Positions 27,233 through 41,388 of a stretch of 64,000 nt of DNA are shown in pieces. Source of the DNA: Octopus vulgaris (Eukaryota); assembly GCA_951406725.2 (NCBI GenBank), contig OX597817.1:134788001-134852000 (forward strand), given 5' to 3'. The position numbers were made by a program, and so were the translations under genes. The first letter of the stretch is position 1. Each line of letters opens with the position of its first letter. The notes under the pieces were generated by a model. That model saw only the letters and a list, made by a program, of their open reading frames with translations. It was not told where the DNA came from and did no database searches.

Positions 27233-28672
27233 TGTATGTATGTATGTATGTATGTATATATGTATAAAATACAAAATGGGACAATAATGCAAAACATCCG
27301 GACAATTAGGTGATACAAAAAGGGGCAACAAAACATCCAGATAGACAATACAAATAAATAAGGACGAGTCATTCGATACCCTCTATCCTCAATCAAGCAC
27401 CAGATTATCCTCGCACTTTCGGCTGATTATTCTTAAGATTGTTCCAATCTGGCCAGCCCCAAGGAAAAACTAAGCTAAGAGCATTAGATTCCTTGGAAGA
27501 AAGCAGCGAATGTATACAAAGACAAAGACGGAAAAACGAACAAAGTTACACGAATATAAATACAATAAAAAATACAATAACAATAATAACAGGACATAAC
27601 AACATGTGTCTTTCGACTAAGGACGAATTAAATTAAGCTGGCGCGTGTGGAAATGAAGTCTTACGGCAGAGATACAAAAATTTCACAAACACAGGGAAGA
27701 ATATCGATGTTGTACGGACGGCAGTCAGGTCAAGAAAGAAAGAACAGGCTAGATTGACCGGCCGTCACGTTGGAAGAGAAGAGAGTGAAATAGAAGCAGA
27801 GGGACAGAAGAATTAAGGTGGGGCGCGAAAAAAGGACAGGGATACAATGAAGTAAAAATGTGAGAGAGGAAGAACGAAAGAACGAAGAGCGGTATGTATG
27901 TTTGTATGTGTGTATGTATGTACGTGTGTATGTATGTATGTATGTGTGTATGTATGTATGTGTGTATGTATGTATGTGTGTATGTATTTATGTGTAAAGT
28001 GTATTTTATAAACGGCAGACATATCTATTGACTTGCTATTCAATAAATATGAATGATAAGTCATATAACGCTGATTCAAAGTTGGTAAGATTAATGCCAC
28101 GCAATTCCGATATCAAGTGGGCGGTTATGGGTTAATATATCATCCCGATTTGGCCCACTGGCCTAAAAGCGTTCGTGGCCATCGATCGTCTTACAATTGC
28201 AGTCATGCAGAGATAAACAATCATGAATAATTAGTGAGGGGGAGAGGTAAAATGTCAGAGATAGTGAAATATATAGAGAAGGAGACGGTGGTGGGGGGTA
28301 GAGTATGTAGGCCGTTTGAGAACATGGCGTTCTAATAGTGACTATTGATAAATGTATAACAATGAGTGAGTTTGATGTATCCATAGAATGGATTTCCTGA
28401 TAAGATTTGGTGAAGAATGAAAGAGAGAGAGAGAGAGAGAGGGCAGTATGTAAGGTGAGTGGAAGAGACGGAGGGGGAGACGGGGACAGGCAGAGTGAGG
28501 GAGAAAGAGAGAGGGGAGCGGAAAGAGAAGTGGATTCTTTAAAGAAAATGGATGAAATAAAATAATGAAAACTAAGTTGATTGATGCAAAACAAGAATCA
28601 GAGAAGAGAATGTTAAATAAGGAAAGAAGGAAATAAGAGGAGGAGGAGGAGGAGCAGAAGGGGAATAAGGAA

Positions 28673-28673
<1 letters not shown>

Positions 28674-28705
<32 letters not shown>

Positions 28706-28712
28706 AATAATG

Positions 28713-28784
<72 letters not shown>

Positions 28785-28937
28785 CCAATAAACAGCACCT
28801 TAAAAGTTAAACAAAATCAACAAAGAATGAATGAAGAGACAGAAAGAGAGGAAGAAAAAAGAAACAAACAAACAGAGAGAAAGAGAGAGGGGAATAGATA
28901 GAGAAAGAAAGAGAGAAAGAAAGAGCGAAAGAAAGAA

Positions 28938-28976
<39 letters not shown>

Positions 28977-29114
28977 AGGAAAGAAAGAAAAAAAAAAAGA
29001 AAAAAGAGAAAGAGAGAGAAAGAAAGAGAAAGAAAGAGAGAGAAAGAGAGAAAGAAAGAAAGAGAGAGAGAAAGAGAAGGAAAGAGAGAAAGAAAGAGAG
29101 AGAGAGAAAGAAAG

Positions 29115-29145
<31 letters not shown>

Positions 29146-29250
29146 AAAAAAGAAAGAGGGAGAGAGAGAGAAAGAAAGAGAGAAAGAGAAAGAAAGAGAG
29201 AGAGAGAAATAAAGAGAGAGAGAAAGAGAGAGAAAGAAAGAGAAAAAAGA
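28674..29250. repeat. (TAA)n tract followed by GA-rich low-complexity tract
   Basis: Direct reading. Confidence 0.95.
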
Positions 29251-30059
29251 AATTAAAGGATGAGCGCATGGATGGATGAATGCATGGATTAATTCGTAGT
29301 AGAAAAAAGGACTTTGTGTTATTTTTTATTCTTTTTCTAATTGTTTTCTTTTTTTTCTAGAAAGTTGTTCTAAATCAGGTAGTTTTGGTTGCGCTAACCC
29401 TTCTCCTTTTACAACATGGGCTTTTGGTCGGCTTTGGAAGTACTTAGAATATCAGGGCTCTCATTGCACAGTAAGTCAGTTGGTGGTCATTAGGATTGTG
29501 AAATGGACCGTGAGGGATCTCTCTCGACCTCCATGCCAGTGACTCCAGTGATTCTCGCAAAGTCCAAAAGAGAAAAGCATCCGAAGAAGAAATAGCGAGT
29601 AGCAGTGAAGGAAAATCTTATGAGGGATGGCATGAGATGGGATCGGGGTTAGAGACTAATCTTTGAGGGAGTTAAATGGAAGATTCTGGTTGCTTGATGT
29701 TTTTTGAACAGGAGGACCAAACTAATTCATTAACTTACCAGCAAAACGATATTTCTTATAAAGTTACTAAAACTGGCAAAAGATCTTCGCCAATAGCAGA
29801 AGATAAGTACGGAAGGAACTCAAACTGAACATTCGATTTCCAGTCATTATTTTAAAGACGGTTTTGTTAACTTTTGCTATTAAATTTCTTTGAAAAGATA
29901 TGAATTCTACCATTACCATTCCATTAAAGATAAAACAGTTTTTCATCTTCAACATATGAACCATTTAATTGGCTTTTGTTGTTTTTTCTTTTCTCTCACT
30001 GTTCTGATATCAAATTTTACCGTTATAATATATATTTCTTTGTTGCCGGCAGAAGGCTA

Positions 30060-30260
30060 AATATAGAGGGGACAAACAACGACAGACAAAGGGTTTAAGT
30101 CGATTAAATTGGCTCCATTGCGTAACTGGTACTTATTTAATCGACTCCGAACGGATGAAAGGCAAAGTCGACCTCGGCGGAATTTCAACTCAGAATGTAA
30201 CGGCGGGCAAAATACTGCTAAGCATTTCGCCCAGTGTGCTAACGATTCTGGCAGCTCGTC
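30060..30260 (-). mobile_element. SINE family B copy (others at 31455-31585 +, 31768-31995 +, 45335-45558 -, 56510-57000 + cluster)
   Basis: GGATGAAAGGCAAAGTCGACCTCGGCGGAATTT(G/C)AACTCAGAA motif. Confidence 0.8.
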
Positions 30261-32647
30261 GTTATCATATTTATCTATCATTACGTAAGCTACATTACTA
30301 CGAACAATATCTAAGAGCATTCTCTGAACCTTTCACACAATGATATAACCTAGCATGCGGAATGTAAGCAAAATAAACAAATCGACGGTTAAGAATTTCA
30401 TTTCGTAACCACGTGACTCCAGTTTGGCTCCCATCGCGCAGTATTCGGTTAAGTAGTTTCGAGACGACTCAAACCTCATTTGAGAAATTAAGCATCCAGT
30501 AGTTGCTCTGGAATCGGTAGATGTTTTTGTGTGGTGGTTGTAAGGCGGTGATACTGATGGTATGGCGGTGGTAGTGGTGGTTGTTGTGGAGGTGGCGATG
30601 GATATGGTGGTAGTGTTTGTAGATTCTGTAGCGGTGGTGGTGGCAGCAGCAGTTTTGGCCCTCGACTGCTGTACTCGGTTGGTACTTTAATGCAGAGTAC
30701 AATGGAGAAAATAAAGGAGAGCACGAAGAACGACTACAATCCTCGTGTGGCAGTTCGAGACAAAGAATAATCGAGAAGGAATGAATGAAAGGTATATTGG
30801 ACGCAGAGAACTGAACACTAATATCTTCTATCCGATGATCAACCGATTCTGTCACTTTACCCAGCATGGTTTACAGATCAGCATGGTTTACAGATTAGGA
30901 GACTTTAGTGGAATCGGTTTTGTTTGAGACATTTGAAACATGTTTCGTTCTGCTCTGAAATAGTTCATTCATCATAGTTTATTTCCTCCCTTCCACCACG
31001 AACCACCCCACTAGTCTTGGAGACTTGGAAATGACAAGGATCACAACCTTTCTTCCTCTGACAAAAACCAGGATCTAAAGTTCCTTTAAACAAGATTTAT
31101 GCACTCTCGAAGAATGAAATGTGTGATCCTATTTCAGATTCAGATAGAAACCAATTAGATTCAGTTAAGCAATCGACGCCATTGGAAATCAGTCCGATAT
31201 CAGATAAAAAAATAAAAATTATAGACTTAAAGGAGCGCCGAACTGCGTTCCAAAATTTAATATAATTCTTGTGGTCTGGAATTTAATCATTCCAGGAAAG
31301 GAAGGTGTGTTTCCTGTGGAGAACCATATTGGGGATGTTAGTCTCTACACTACACACCACAAATATTTAGGTAGCAACTTGAAAAATATTCGCTTCCCTG
31401 ATGGAAAGTTCTTTCATTGCCTTGAGCCGACAAGGGAACCTTTATGTGGCCACTCTTCTGAGTTCAAATTCCGCCGAGGTTGACTTTGCCTTTCATCCTT
31501 TCGGGGTCGATAAATTACGTGCCAGTTACGCACTGGAGTCGATGTAATCGACTTAATCCGTTTGTCTGTCCTTGTTTGTCCCCTCTGGTCTTTTCGGGGA
31601 CAGGAATTATTGTAAACTGTTGCCAAAGATGGAATAGATGCTAACTTTCTCTATTTGTGTATGCCTGTGTGTGTGAACAGGGTGGGGGGGGGTGCGTCCG
31701 TGTGTCTGTGTGTGCACGTGTGTGATAGAGTGATCGGAGTTGTTTTAATATGCAGGGGCTGGAAGGAAGGCAGCAAGCTGGCAGAATCGGTAGGACGCCG
31801 GAAAAATTGCTTAGCAGCATTTCATCCGTCTTTACATTCTGAGTTCAAATGCCGCCGAAGCTGACTTTGCGTTTCATTCTTTCGGGGTCAATGACATTAG
31901 TACCAGTTGATAACAGGCGGGGTGGGGGAAGGGGCATTGATGTAATCGACTTAGACCTTCCTCCAAAATTGCTGGCCTTCTGCCAAAATTTGAAACTCGT
32001 AGACAGTGGAGGTAATTGTGTGTACGAGCCCGACTGGGGAGTTGCGTTGGCAACTTTTGGAGAGCTTTTGTGAGGAAATATAATATTCAAAACTTTTCCT
32101 GCAAGAATTATTCTAACTCTGCCTTGTAGTTTGACAAAATTAGAATTTAGAAGTGAAAAACAAAATTAAATATTGGAGAAACCGAAGACATGTGAGCAGC
32201 AGAGTATTTTCCTCATCAATTCCTCCTACTAAAACAAAAAATAATTAAATAAATACATTAAAAATTAAATAAAAGACGTTGATTATATTCCATATTCTTT
32301 CCCAAAGGCTTAGAGTAAAAGCACACTAAGAATAAAACATTATTTATATCTCTCTGTAGTAATCTTTTGCTAACTAAGTGGTTTATGACAATCAGATAAT
32401 TTGAAATTTATGATGAAATTAAAGAGAAATAATAAACTACTTTACAATTCATTTGATAATTCTAATCATGCTTTTCACTGCTGATGTCTTTTGTATTATC
32501 GCGGGGAAAATATGCTTTCCCACCATAATGCAAAACATAAAAATTCCATAATCTAATAACACAATATATATATTTGTACATATATGTATGTATATGTATA
32601 TATATATATATACACACATATACATATATATATAAATATGTATAAAT

Positions 32648-32717
<70 letters not shown>

Positions 32718-32808
32718 ATATATACATAAATACCTGTATGTGTCTTTATACACATACCTACATACATGCATACTTATCTGTGTGTGTACACATATATGCA
32801 TAGTATGC

Positions 32809-32902
<94 letters not shown>

Positions 32903-33205
32903 GTATGTATATGCACAAACATCCATACACATAGAGAATACAAATATAATGGTTTATCAGATAAATTCGTTCGCTTATTTCTTCTTGGCACTGCATGGTC
33001 ATGTGTCTGAAAAGAGGTGAAATTTATTCATATTTCAAAAACGATAAACGAACAGAGAGAAAGTGTAGCGCTACAAAAGTAAAAATCATAAAACATTGCG
33101 ATCAAAATAAATGACGTGCTAAATCAAATAACACTGAAAAATGATTAAGATAACTGAAACAGAAAGGAAAAACGAATTTAAATGACAACCTATACATACA
33201 TACAA

Positions 33206-33268
<63 letters not shown>

Positions 33269-33679
33269 CATCTGGGACTGGAAAAATCTGCAAGACCTAC
33301 CAAGTTGGTGGCCGGTGAAAATTTAATTCGAATTAAAAAGAGAAAAACCTATATACATACGCACATACATACGCACATACATACATACATACATACATAC
33401 ATACATACATACATACATACATACATACATACGTACGTACATATATACATACGTACATACATACATACATACATACATACATACATACATACATACATAC
33501 ATACATACATACATACATACGTACGTACATACATACATACATACGTACGTACATATATACATATGTACATACGTACATACATACATACATACATACATAC
33601 ATACATACATACATACATACATACATACATACATACATACATACATACATACATACATACATACATAGTTACTACCTCT

Positions 33680-34450
33680 CAATGCGACACGATGTTGCAG
33701 AAATATGCAACGCCATTCGGAGAAAAGATTGTCCTGGAATAGATACACAGAATTTCTGTGTTATTGAGTACATGCACAAACATCAGCCTAAGGAATACTG
33801 ATGGAACATTTCCATTAGAACATCTGTGAAATGTAAACATAACAAGCGAGATAGATTAATTTGGAACTGACAAGGAAATTATGTACTGAAATAGAGGTAA
33901 GCTGATGTGAACATCTCTTTGAAACTCAAAGAGAAAGGGAATAACTGTGGAGATCTGCTTCGAAACTTCCGGCCTCTGCTTCGAAACCCCCGGCGTCTGT
34001 CTCCAGATTATAAATTCACATTTCTACCAATAAAATTGGTACATTTGGCTTTGTGAGTAAATACCTGAGTGGCAATCTGGATAAGCTAGGGTTTACAGAA
34101 AAAGAAATCGACCAACTGACTTGCGCAATACAAGAAACCCCAGGCGTCTGTCTCCAGATTATAAATTCACATTTCTACCAATAAAATTGGTACATTTGGC
34201 TTTGTGAGTAAATACCTGAGTGGTAATCTGGATAAGCTAGGGTTTACAGAAAAAGAAATCGACCAACTGACATGCGCATTACAAGTACAATCTGAAAGCG
34301 GAAGAGTAAAAATAAGCAAGAATGTTTTTCAGTCCTAAGATAGGACATTGTTTTTTCCTTATCTACATTCCAATGATTGAGCTTTGTAACTTTGTTAGAA
34401 ACGTGCTCCATCCTCAGAGGAAGAATTTGAGAACAGAAATACGTACGGCA
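33680..34450 (+). mobile_element. RLE-type non-LTR retrotransposon C-terminal fragment with internal 151-bp tandem duplication
   Basis: WNISIRTSVKCKHNKRD...EIEVS...NISLKLKEKGNNCGDLLRN...PDYKFTFLPIKIGTFGFV (PD..E..K-type endonuclease). Duplication 33983-34133 / 34134-34285. Starts directly after (TACA)n. Confidence 0.7.
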
Positions 34451-34509
34451 CTCCAGGATAGTCACTTGCATGAAAAGATGTCCTTCTCCATCTCAGTAGC
34501 ATAGTTATT

Positions 34510-34897
34510 GTGGAGGCGCAATGGCCCAGTGGTTAGGGCAGCGGACTCGCGGTCAATAGGATCGCGGTTTCGATTCCCAGACCGGGCGTCGTGAGTGTTT
34601 ATTGAGCGAAAACACCTAAAAGCTTCACGAGGCTCCGGCAGGGGATGGTGGTGATCCCTGCTGTACTCTTTCACCACAACTTTCTCTCACTCTTACTTCC
34701 TGTTTCTGTTGTACCTGTATTTCAAAGGGCCGGCCTTGTCACTCTCTGTGTCACGCTGAATATCCCCGAGAACTACGTTAAGGGCGCACGTGTCTGTGGA
34801 GTGCTCAGCCACTTACACGTTAATTTCACGAGCAGGCTGTTCCGTTGATTCGGATCAACCGGAACCCTCATCGTCGTAACCGACGGAGTGCTTCCAC
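34510..34897 (+). mobile_element. Young SINE family C, copy 2
   Basis: 15-bp TSD AGCATAGTTATTGTG (34498-34512 / 34898-34912). Confidence 0.92.
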
Positions 34898-35479
34898 AGC
34901 ATAGTTATTGTGACGGACGACATCGTTAAGCTGAGTCTTGATCTCATCGAAGGCAGATGTCTCACCATCAAGCAAAAGTGACCAATACATTAGCAGAGCA
35001 TGCATCTCTTCCACCTTGCCTGGCGATCTTACGTTTACTTGCTCAACTGTGGTTCGAAACAGTTGCTAACATTTCTTAATAATGGTGGAACAAAAAAATG
35101 GACAAAATGACCATCACTAGGAATTAAAACCACAAGCCAATTTGTTCCGACTGATACAATTCTTATGAATTAAGGTCCTATGTTGATAAATTATGGGAAA
35201 ACAAAAGTATTCATCAAATAAGGCAGTGCGTTATTTTTTTCTTTATTTCTTCTAGAATCCAAAATCCATCAGAATCATACAAATGATATGTACGACACAC
35301 CAAGAATTCTTTATTCAGTGTTCTACACGAGGGTAGCTCTTCGAAGAAAAGTTGGCAGTAAGGATGGATGTATCGACCACCATGAAACTAACCAGATAAT
35401 ACTTCCCAAAAACTTTCATTTTCCATTTCTTTACATGAACACTAAATTTATGAAACACATTGTAACTATCGAAGCTGGG

Positions 35480-36030
35480 AACTTCGCAAATACACTATGA
35501 TTAGCTGCCAACTGTGGTGTCATCTAGATAACTTGGGTTAACACCTGAAATTTCAGCATTTCACTTCTAACATAAAAATGATTTGACAAGTTTTCCTTAG
35601 AGAAATTCAAACGTGATTATTTCCATTTTTAAATTTTTCTTTTACGTTTTTTAACTAAAATATTTTGCCATATCAAATATACAAAACCATGGTTGACACC
35701 ATCAGATGTTGATGTCTTGGTTAATCTATTATTTATGGCTGTAACTGTTTATTTTTCCTTTAAATTTATGAATTGGTTTATGTTCTTCAGGAGACCATTT
35801 TCAATGAACAAGAGTAAAGAAAATTGTTTGTTTCCAACCAATTCAATCTGGCAACCAGGAATCGCATCACTATGTTCTTTAAATGTTTCACCATATTCAA
35901 TATGCTCCACCTCATCAAGGACATATTTCATAATGTATTGAAATCAGAAATGGTTATGAATTCTGTCCCGCTTTTAGAGACGATGGCCACAACCGAATGG
36001 TGGAAACAACTAAAAATTAGGAATATTTAA
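35480..36030 (-). pseudogene. Possible hAT/Buster-like transposase remnant
   Basis: Degenerate minus-strand WPSSLK (cf. KPSKLK), IEYGETFK (cf. IGETLIK) and LDDTT..QL..YLR (cf. LDETTD..QL..VR) in the expected order. Confidence 0.35.
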
Positions 36031-36055
36031 GAAGACACAAGCACACATACAGGTG

Positions 36056-36093
<38 letters not shown>

Positions 36094-36279
36094 CATATAT
36101 ACATACACACGCACATACATACATATATATATATACACACATACATACATGCATACATACATACACACATACATACATACACACACATACATACATACAA
36201 ACATACACACATACATACAAACATACATACACACACACATACATACATACACACATACATACACATGTACATATATACA

Positions 36280-36600
36280 TACATATGACGAATTAATGAG
36301 GAACTTACAGCTCTTGTACCCTGATTATGAATTTTTCCTTTCTACCCATCATCAAAGGTGCATTAGGTAATGCACCAACAAATTTGCACAAATACTTAAA
36401 AATACTCGGTTTCACAGTGAAAGAGCAAAATTAATTGAGTCAGATTCTTCAATTTCAATCGATTAGTGGCACATTGAAGATCTGTAAGGCAGTCCAAAAA
36501 TTCTCCATGTGTGATTCTTCAGCTGAATAGATGCACAGAGCCAGGTGTATGCATCGACAGTTCAACAAACACCTGGAACTCTCTTAACTCAAAAAAGACT
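36280..36600 (+). mobile_element. RLE-type LINE 3' fragment, same type as 33680
   Basis: YDELMRNLQLLYPDYEF...GALGNAPTNLHKYLKILGF...LQFQSISGTLKICKAVQKFSM*; starts after a TACA-rich tract. Confidence 0.65.
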
Positions 36601-36668
36601 TGTTGCTTTGTTAGCAACCATGTTGTTGGGAAGCAAAATCTTTACCACACAGCCACGCCTGCGCCTAC

Positions 36669-36719
<51 letters not shown>

Positions 36720-38260
36720 ACATTTCTTTGTAACAAAATGATCATCTCCACCTCCTTCCCCTTTTCCTCCTCTTCATCATCATCATCATCTTAATTTTGT
36801 TCTTCCTCTTCTCGTTATTCCTTCTTCTTATTCTGCTTCTCCTTCTCCTGCTCCTCCTCTTCTCTCTCCTCCTTATGGTTATGTTTGCTTAGTATGAGTT
36901 TTCTTTTGTCTTTCTGTTCTTTTTTTCCATCTCTAGTACACTTCCTCTTCCTCATCGTCAACATATTTGTTTTCTTAATCTCAAATATCAGCAAAGCTGT
37001 CAAATTTTTTGAATTAAAACAAAAATAAAAGAGAAAAGCAAAAAAAAAAAATAAAAACAAAATAATAACAACGATAATAATCATAATAATAACAACAACA
37101 ACAAATAAGAATTTGTCATTTATGAGAGGGACAACGAAAGAAAGGAGAAAATAAATAATGGAAAGAAAGATGGAAAGAAAGCAAGAAAGGAACGAAGAAT
37201 ATGATAAAAATAGAAAAAGTACCATTTATTCAGTGGCCGGCCTATATTTATATAGATCTTACCTCTATCTTTCATTTCTCTCACTCTCTTCTTGTACACC
37301 CTAACTCTTCATACTCCCACTCTCTCTCTCTCTATCTATCTGTTTCTCTCTCCCTCTTATAGACATTCAATTTTACATATTATTTTTATTTCTTAATTCT
37401 TTATAAATCGCTTATCTATTTACCTATCTCTCTTTCTATGATTCTCTCTCCCCCCTCTCTCTCCCACTCTCGCTGTTATTCATTCTCACCCACTTCCTGT
37501 CCTTTATACATTCGTCATATGTATTTACCTTCTCCTTATCGTTGTTATATCTACATATCTATCTATCAATTTACCTAACTGTCCATCTATCTTACTCTCT
37601 ATCATCCATCTATCTACGTGTATACGCACACACACACGCACACACACACGCGCACACACACACACACACACATATGTCTATTTGTATGTTTACCTACTTA
37701 TCTCTTCTAAAATGTCATGCAGCAAAAAGAATAATGATTGATCTCTTTTATGAGTAATGCAAATAAACTAAGAAACCATTTTCTTGTGTAGAAGCACCAG
37801 AGAAGCCAGGAATGAGTGTTAGATTTAGACTGGTGAGGACATACGACTAACACAATTATACTGCTTTGTAACAGATACAACTTCACAGACATTGAAACGA
37901 AAACATATGTGATTCAATCAGCCCCTTACTTGACTAACAGATATTTCATTAAAATTTCTTCTTATCTCCAGAAGGGAAACAAAAGTGAAGCTTGCCTCTC
38001 CGGAGGGAATTGAACATGAATTAAACTCATTGTAAAATAACTTAAACTCTCTGCTTTTACTCCTACATTACTCGCACTGATTTGTACTCGATTTTAACTG
38101 AAAAAATCAGGGACAAACTTGATATCAAGTTTGAATATGAGAGGGAAACTTTTACCTAAGATTTATCACTGAATTAGGGATGTGACTTTTACGCGAGTGC
38201 GTTTACACTCGAGTAAATACTGTAGAAAGTGCTGTCTCAGAACGAAATTGCACAAAATAT

Positions 38261-38835
38261 TCTTTTCTACTCCAGGCACAAGGTCCGAAATTCTTGGAGA
38301 GAGTGCGAGTCGATTAGATCGACCCCAGTACTCAACTGGTACTTAATTTTATCGACTCCGAAAGGATGAAAGGAAAAAACGATCTCGGCGGAATTTGAAC
38401 CCAGAACGTAAAGACAGACGAAATACCTATTTCTTTACTGCCCACAAGGGGCTAAAAACAGAAAGGACAAACAAGGACATACAAACGGATTAAGTTGATT
38501 ATATATCGATCCCAGTGCGTAACTGGTACTTATTTAATCGACCCCGATAGGATGAAAGGCAAAGTTGACCTTGGCGGAATTTGAACTCAGAACATAAAGA
38601 CAGACGAATTACCGCTATTTATTTCGCCCGGCGTTGCTAACGTTTCTGCCAGCTCGCCGCCTTGGAACTCAAAGATATTCTTTTCTTTTCTACTCTAGGC
38701 ACAGGGTCCAAAATTTTGGGGAAGGAGGCAGTCGATTAGATCGACTCCAGTACACAACTGGTAATTAATTTATCGACTCAGACTTAATTTATCGAGTAAT
38801 CAGTACGAGTATGGATGAAAGGCAAAGACGACCTC
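38261..38835 (-). mobile_element. Three tandem SINE family B units inside one 18-bp TSD
   Basis: CGAAATTGCACAAAATAT at 38243-38260 and 38836-38853. Confidence 0.75.
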
Positions 38836-39394
38836 CGAAATTGCACAAAATATGACCAGTTATATATGACTACGTATATACGACGAGGGTACCAGTTATT
38901 CCGAATCTACTCGTCAAATTAAAATGCAAGTGGCTGAGTACTCCACAGACACACGTATCCTTAACATAGTTCTCAAGGAGATTCAACGTGACACAGAATG
39001 TGACAAGGCTGGCTCATTTGAAATACTGGTGCAACTCATCTTTGCCAGCTGAGTGGACTGAAGCAACGTGAAGTAAAGTGTCTTGCTCAAGGACATAATG
39101 CGCGCCAGGAATCGAACCCAGAACCTGACGATTCTAAGGCGTATACTCGAACCACTAAGCCTTCAGCTTAGTCGTATTCTTTTATTCTTCTATTTGTTTC
39201 AGCCATTTGACTGCGGCCATGCAGTAGCACCGCATTTAGTCGAACAAATCAACTCCCATGATTTATTCTTTGTAAGCCTAGTACTCATTCTATCGGTCTC
39301 TTTGGCCGAACCGCTAGGTTACGGGTACGTAAACACACCAACATCGGTTGTGAGGCGATGGTGGGGGACAAACGCAGACATACAAATACATACA

Positions 39395-39434
<40 letters not shown>

Positions 39435-39479
39435 TATGTGTGTGTGTGTGTGTGTGTGTATATATACATACATACATAT

Positions 39480-39547
<68 letters not shown>

Positions 39548-41238
39548 GAAATGCTTCTTTCAGTTTCCATATACCAAATCCATTCACAAATATTTGGAGT
39601 GAGGACCAGTTGAAATATTGTCGCAAAGTGAGTTTGTAAGCCACACAACAGTGCGTTCACCTATTGGGAACAGTACTACATGAACATTATAGACTACTGG
39701 TTCTTAACGGCGACGCCCAGGGTCGCATCCCCCCTCAGGCACCCTTCCGGCGGCCTTCGAGCGTCTTCTCTTTGTAAATATAATTTTTTCATTAACTCAG
39801 TTGTGTTTCACTTTATATTTTGCGCTCCACCCCCCCCCCCCCAAAAAAAAACTCAGGTCTTGGATCGTGCCCGGATACTAAAAGGGTTGGGTACCACGGG
39901 TAGAAATAGCTCCCCAAAAACGCATATACGTTCTCTGCAGTTAAATGTTTCCTTTAGAAACCATATTTCTAGTTTTAAATTATATCAACCAATGTATTTG
40001 AGCAAGTGTTGGAAATGGCTCTGTTTTGCATAAAATTACTTATCAAATAGAGAAGTGTTTCTTCTGTGTTAACAACATTTTCGAATGCTGCTACAATTTG
40101 TTGCTATTTCTTTGACTCATCAATTATTAATTAGCGAGTAATTCAGAATTTCAAAAAGAAAACTGGAAAAAGGAAAGAACACTAAATTAAAATGGAGGCG
40201 TTAGAAAGCATAGGATGTCTGATGGAAACTGAGAGAAAAGACAAACTTAATAAATGATTCATACAATGAGTGGTCGCAGACGATATGGTTTGCTTCAGAA
40301 CACGTGACCGCCATATAGAAGCACTGAATAAGCTACATCCGAAATTTGTTTTCGATTCTTGGCTATAAATATTTTAATTTCTAAACAAATAAAATTTTAC
40401 AGAAAAGCATTTATGTAAAACGATCTTATTTCATTTGGATTTGCAGTTTGAGATTGCGTAGTTTTGTAACAACTCGGTTGTTTTCTTGAAGCGAGTAACA
40501 CCGGTTTCAAATTACACGGATTTCACTCTTTGGAAATAACTAAAAATAATTGTGGATGCCTCCAGAAAAATAATCTCATAAAAGGAATAACCGTTGTATC
40601 ATATAAATCTTATTTAGGGGCTTGTATCAAATCTTCACTTTATTTCTAAAACCGTGAAAACAGCAAGGTGTTTGGAAACCAGAGAAGGTTGTTTGTGAGA
40701 CTGGAATAAATAGTAGGAAGAATGAAAATAGCATTAGTGCTATTCATGGAAAATTTCTGGCAGAAGTCGAGATAAGAATGTTGGTGCTATGACTGGCACC
40801 ATCTATTAAATGTCATTATATTCTATAGATATGAAAGCAATAATTTACTGTATTAAATTATTTGTTGTAGCAGATTGTCAACAGATGCTCTGAGCCAAAC
40901 TACTTCCGGTCCATGAAGAATGTGATAGATTCCTTTGATCCAGTTTATTCACCACAAAGAAGGAGATAATTGGATGGCATCGGAGGTAGTAAATACTAAT
41001 ACACACGCACGTGTACGTTGTGGGATCCGTATTATCTATAAATGTGAGGAATAATGGGGTATAACGTAAATAACGAAGTGAGTAACATCTGTGTCCGAAT
41101 TTCGTGTTACACTGCATCATAATATGAAGTGCTTAATTGATAACATGATAAAGACTTGGAAGCAACAAATGGTTTTCTTTTGTATATAAACACAACTTTG
41201 TATAAAGCCCCATATGTGTATTTATGTGTGTATTTATG

Positions 41239-41281
<43 letters not shown>

Positions 41282-41282
<1 letters not shown>

Positions 41283-41311
41283 CGGCCTTTTGGGTAAGAT
41301 CAAATTGTAGT
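41282..41311 (+). pseudogene. U2 snRNA 5' fragment
   Basis: TCGGCCTTTTGGGTAAGATCAAATTGTAGT versus U2 TCGGCCTTTTGGCTAAGATCAAGTGTAGT; embedded in (TA)n. Confidence 0.7.
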
Positions 41312-41324
41312 GTACATATATATG

Positions 41325-41387
<63 letters not shown>

Positions 41388-41388
<1 letters not shown>

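Noticed and set aside
30700-31270. Possible exon or LINE remnant (QHG motif)
   Set aside because: Multiple stops in all frames and no diagnostic motif series.
33983-34285. Direct repeats as LTRs or a CRISPR-like array
   Set aside because: Simple 151-bp tandem duplication within a LINE fragment; no spacers and no LTR termini.
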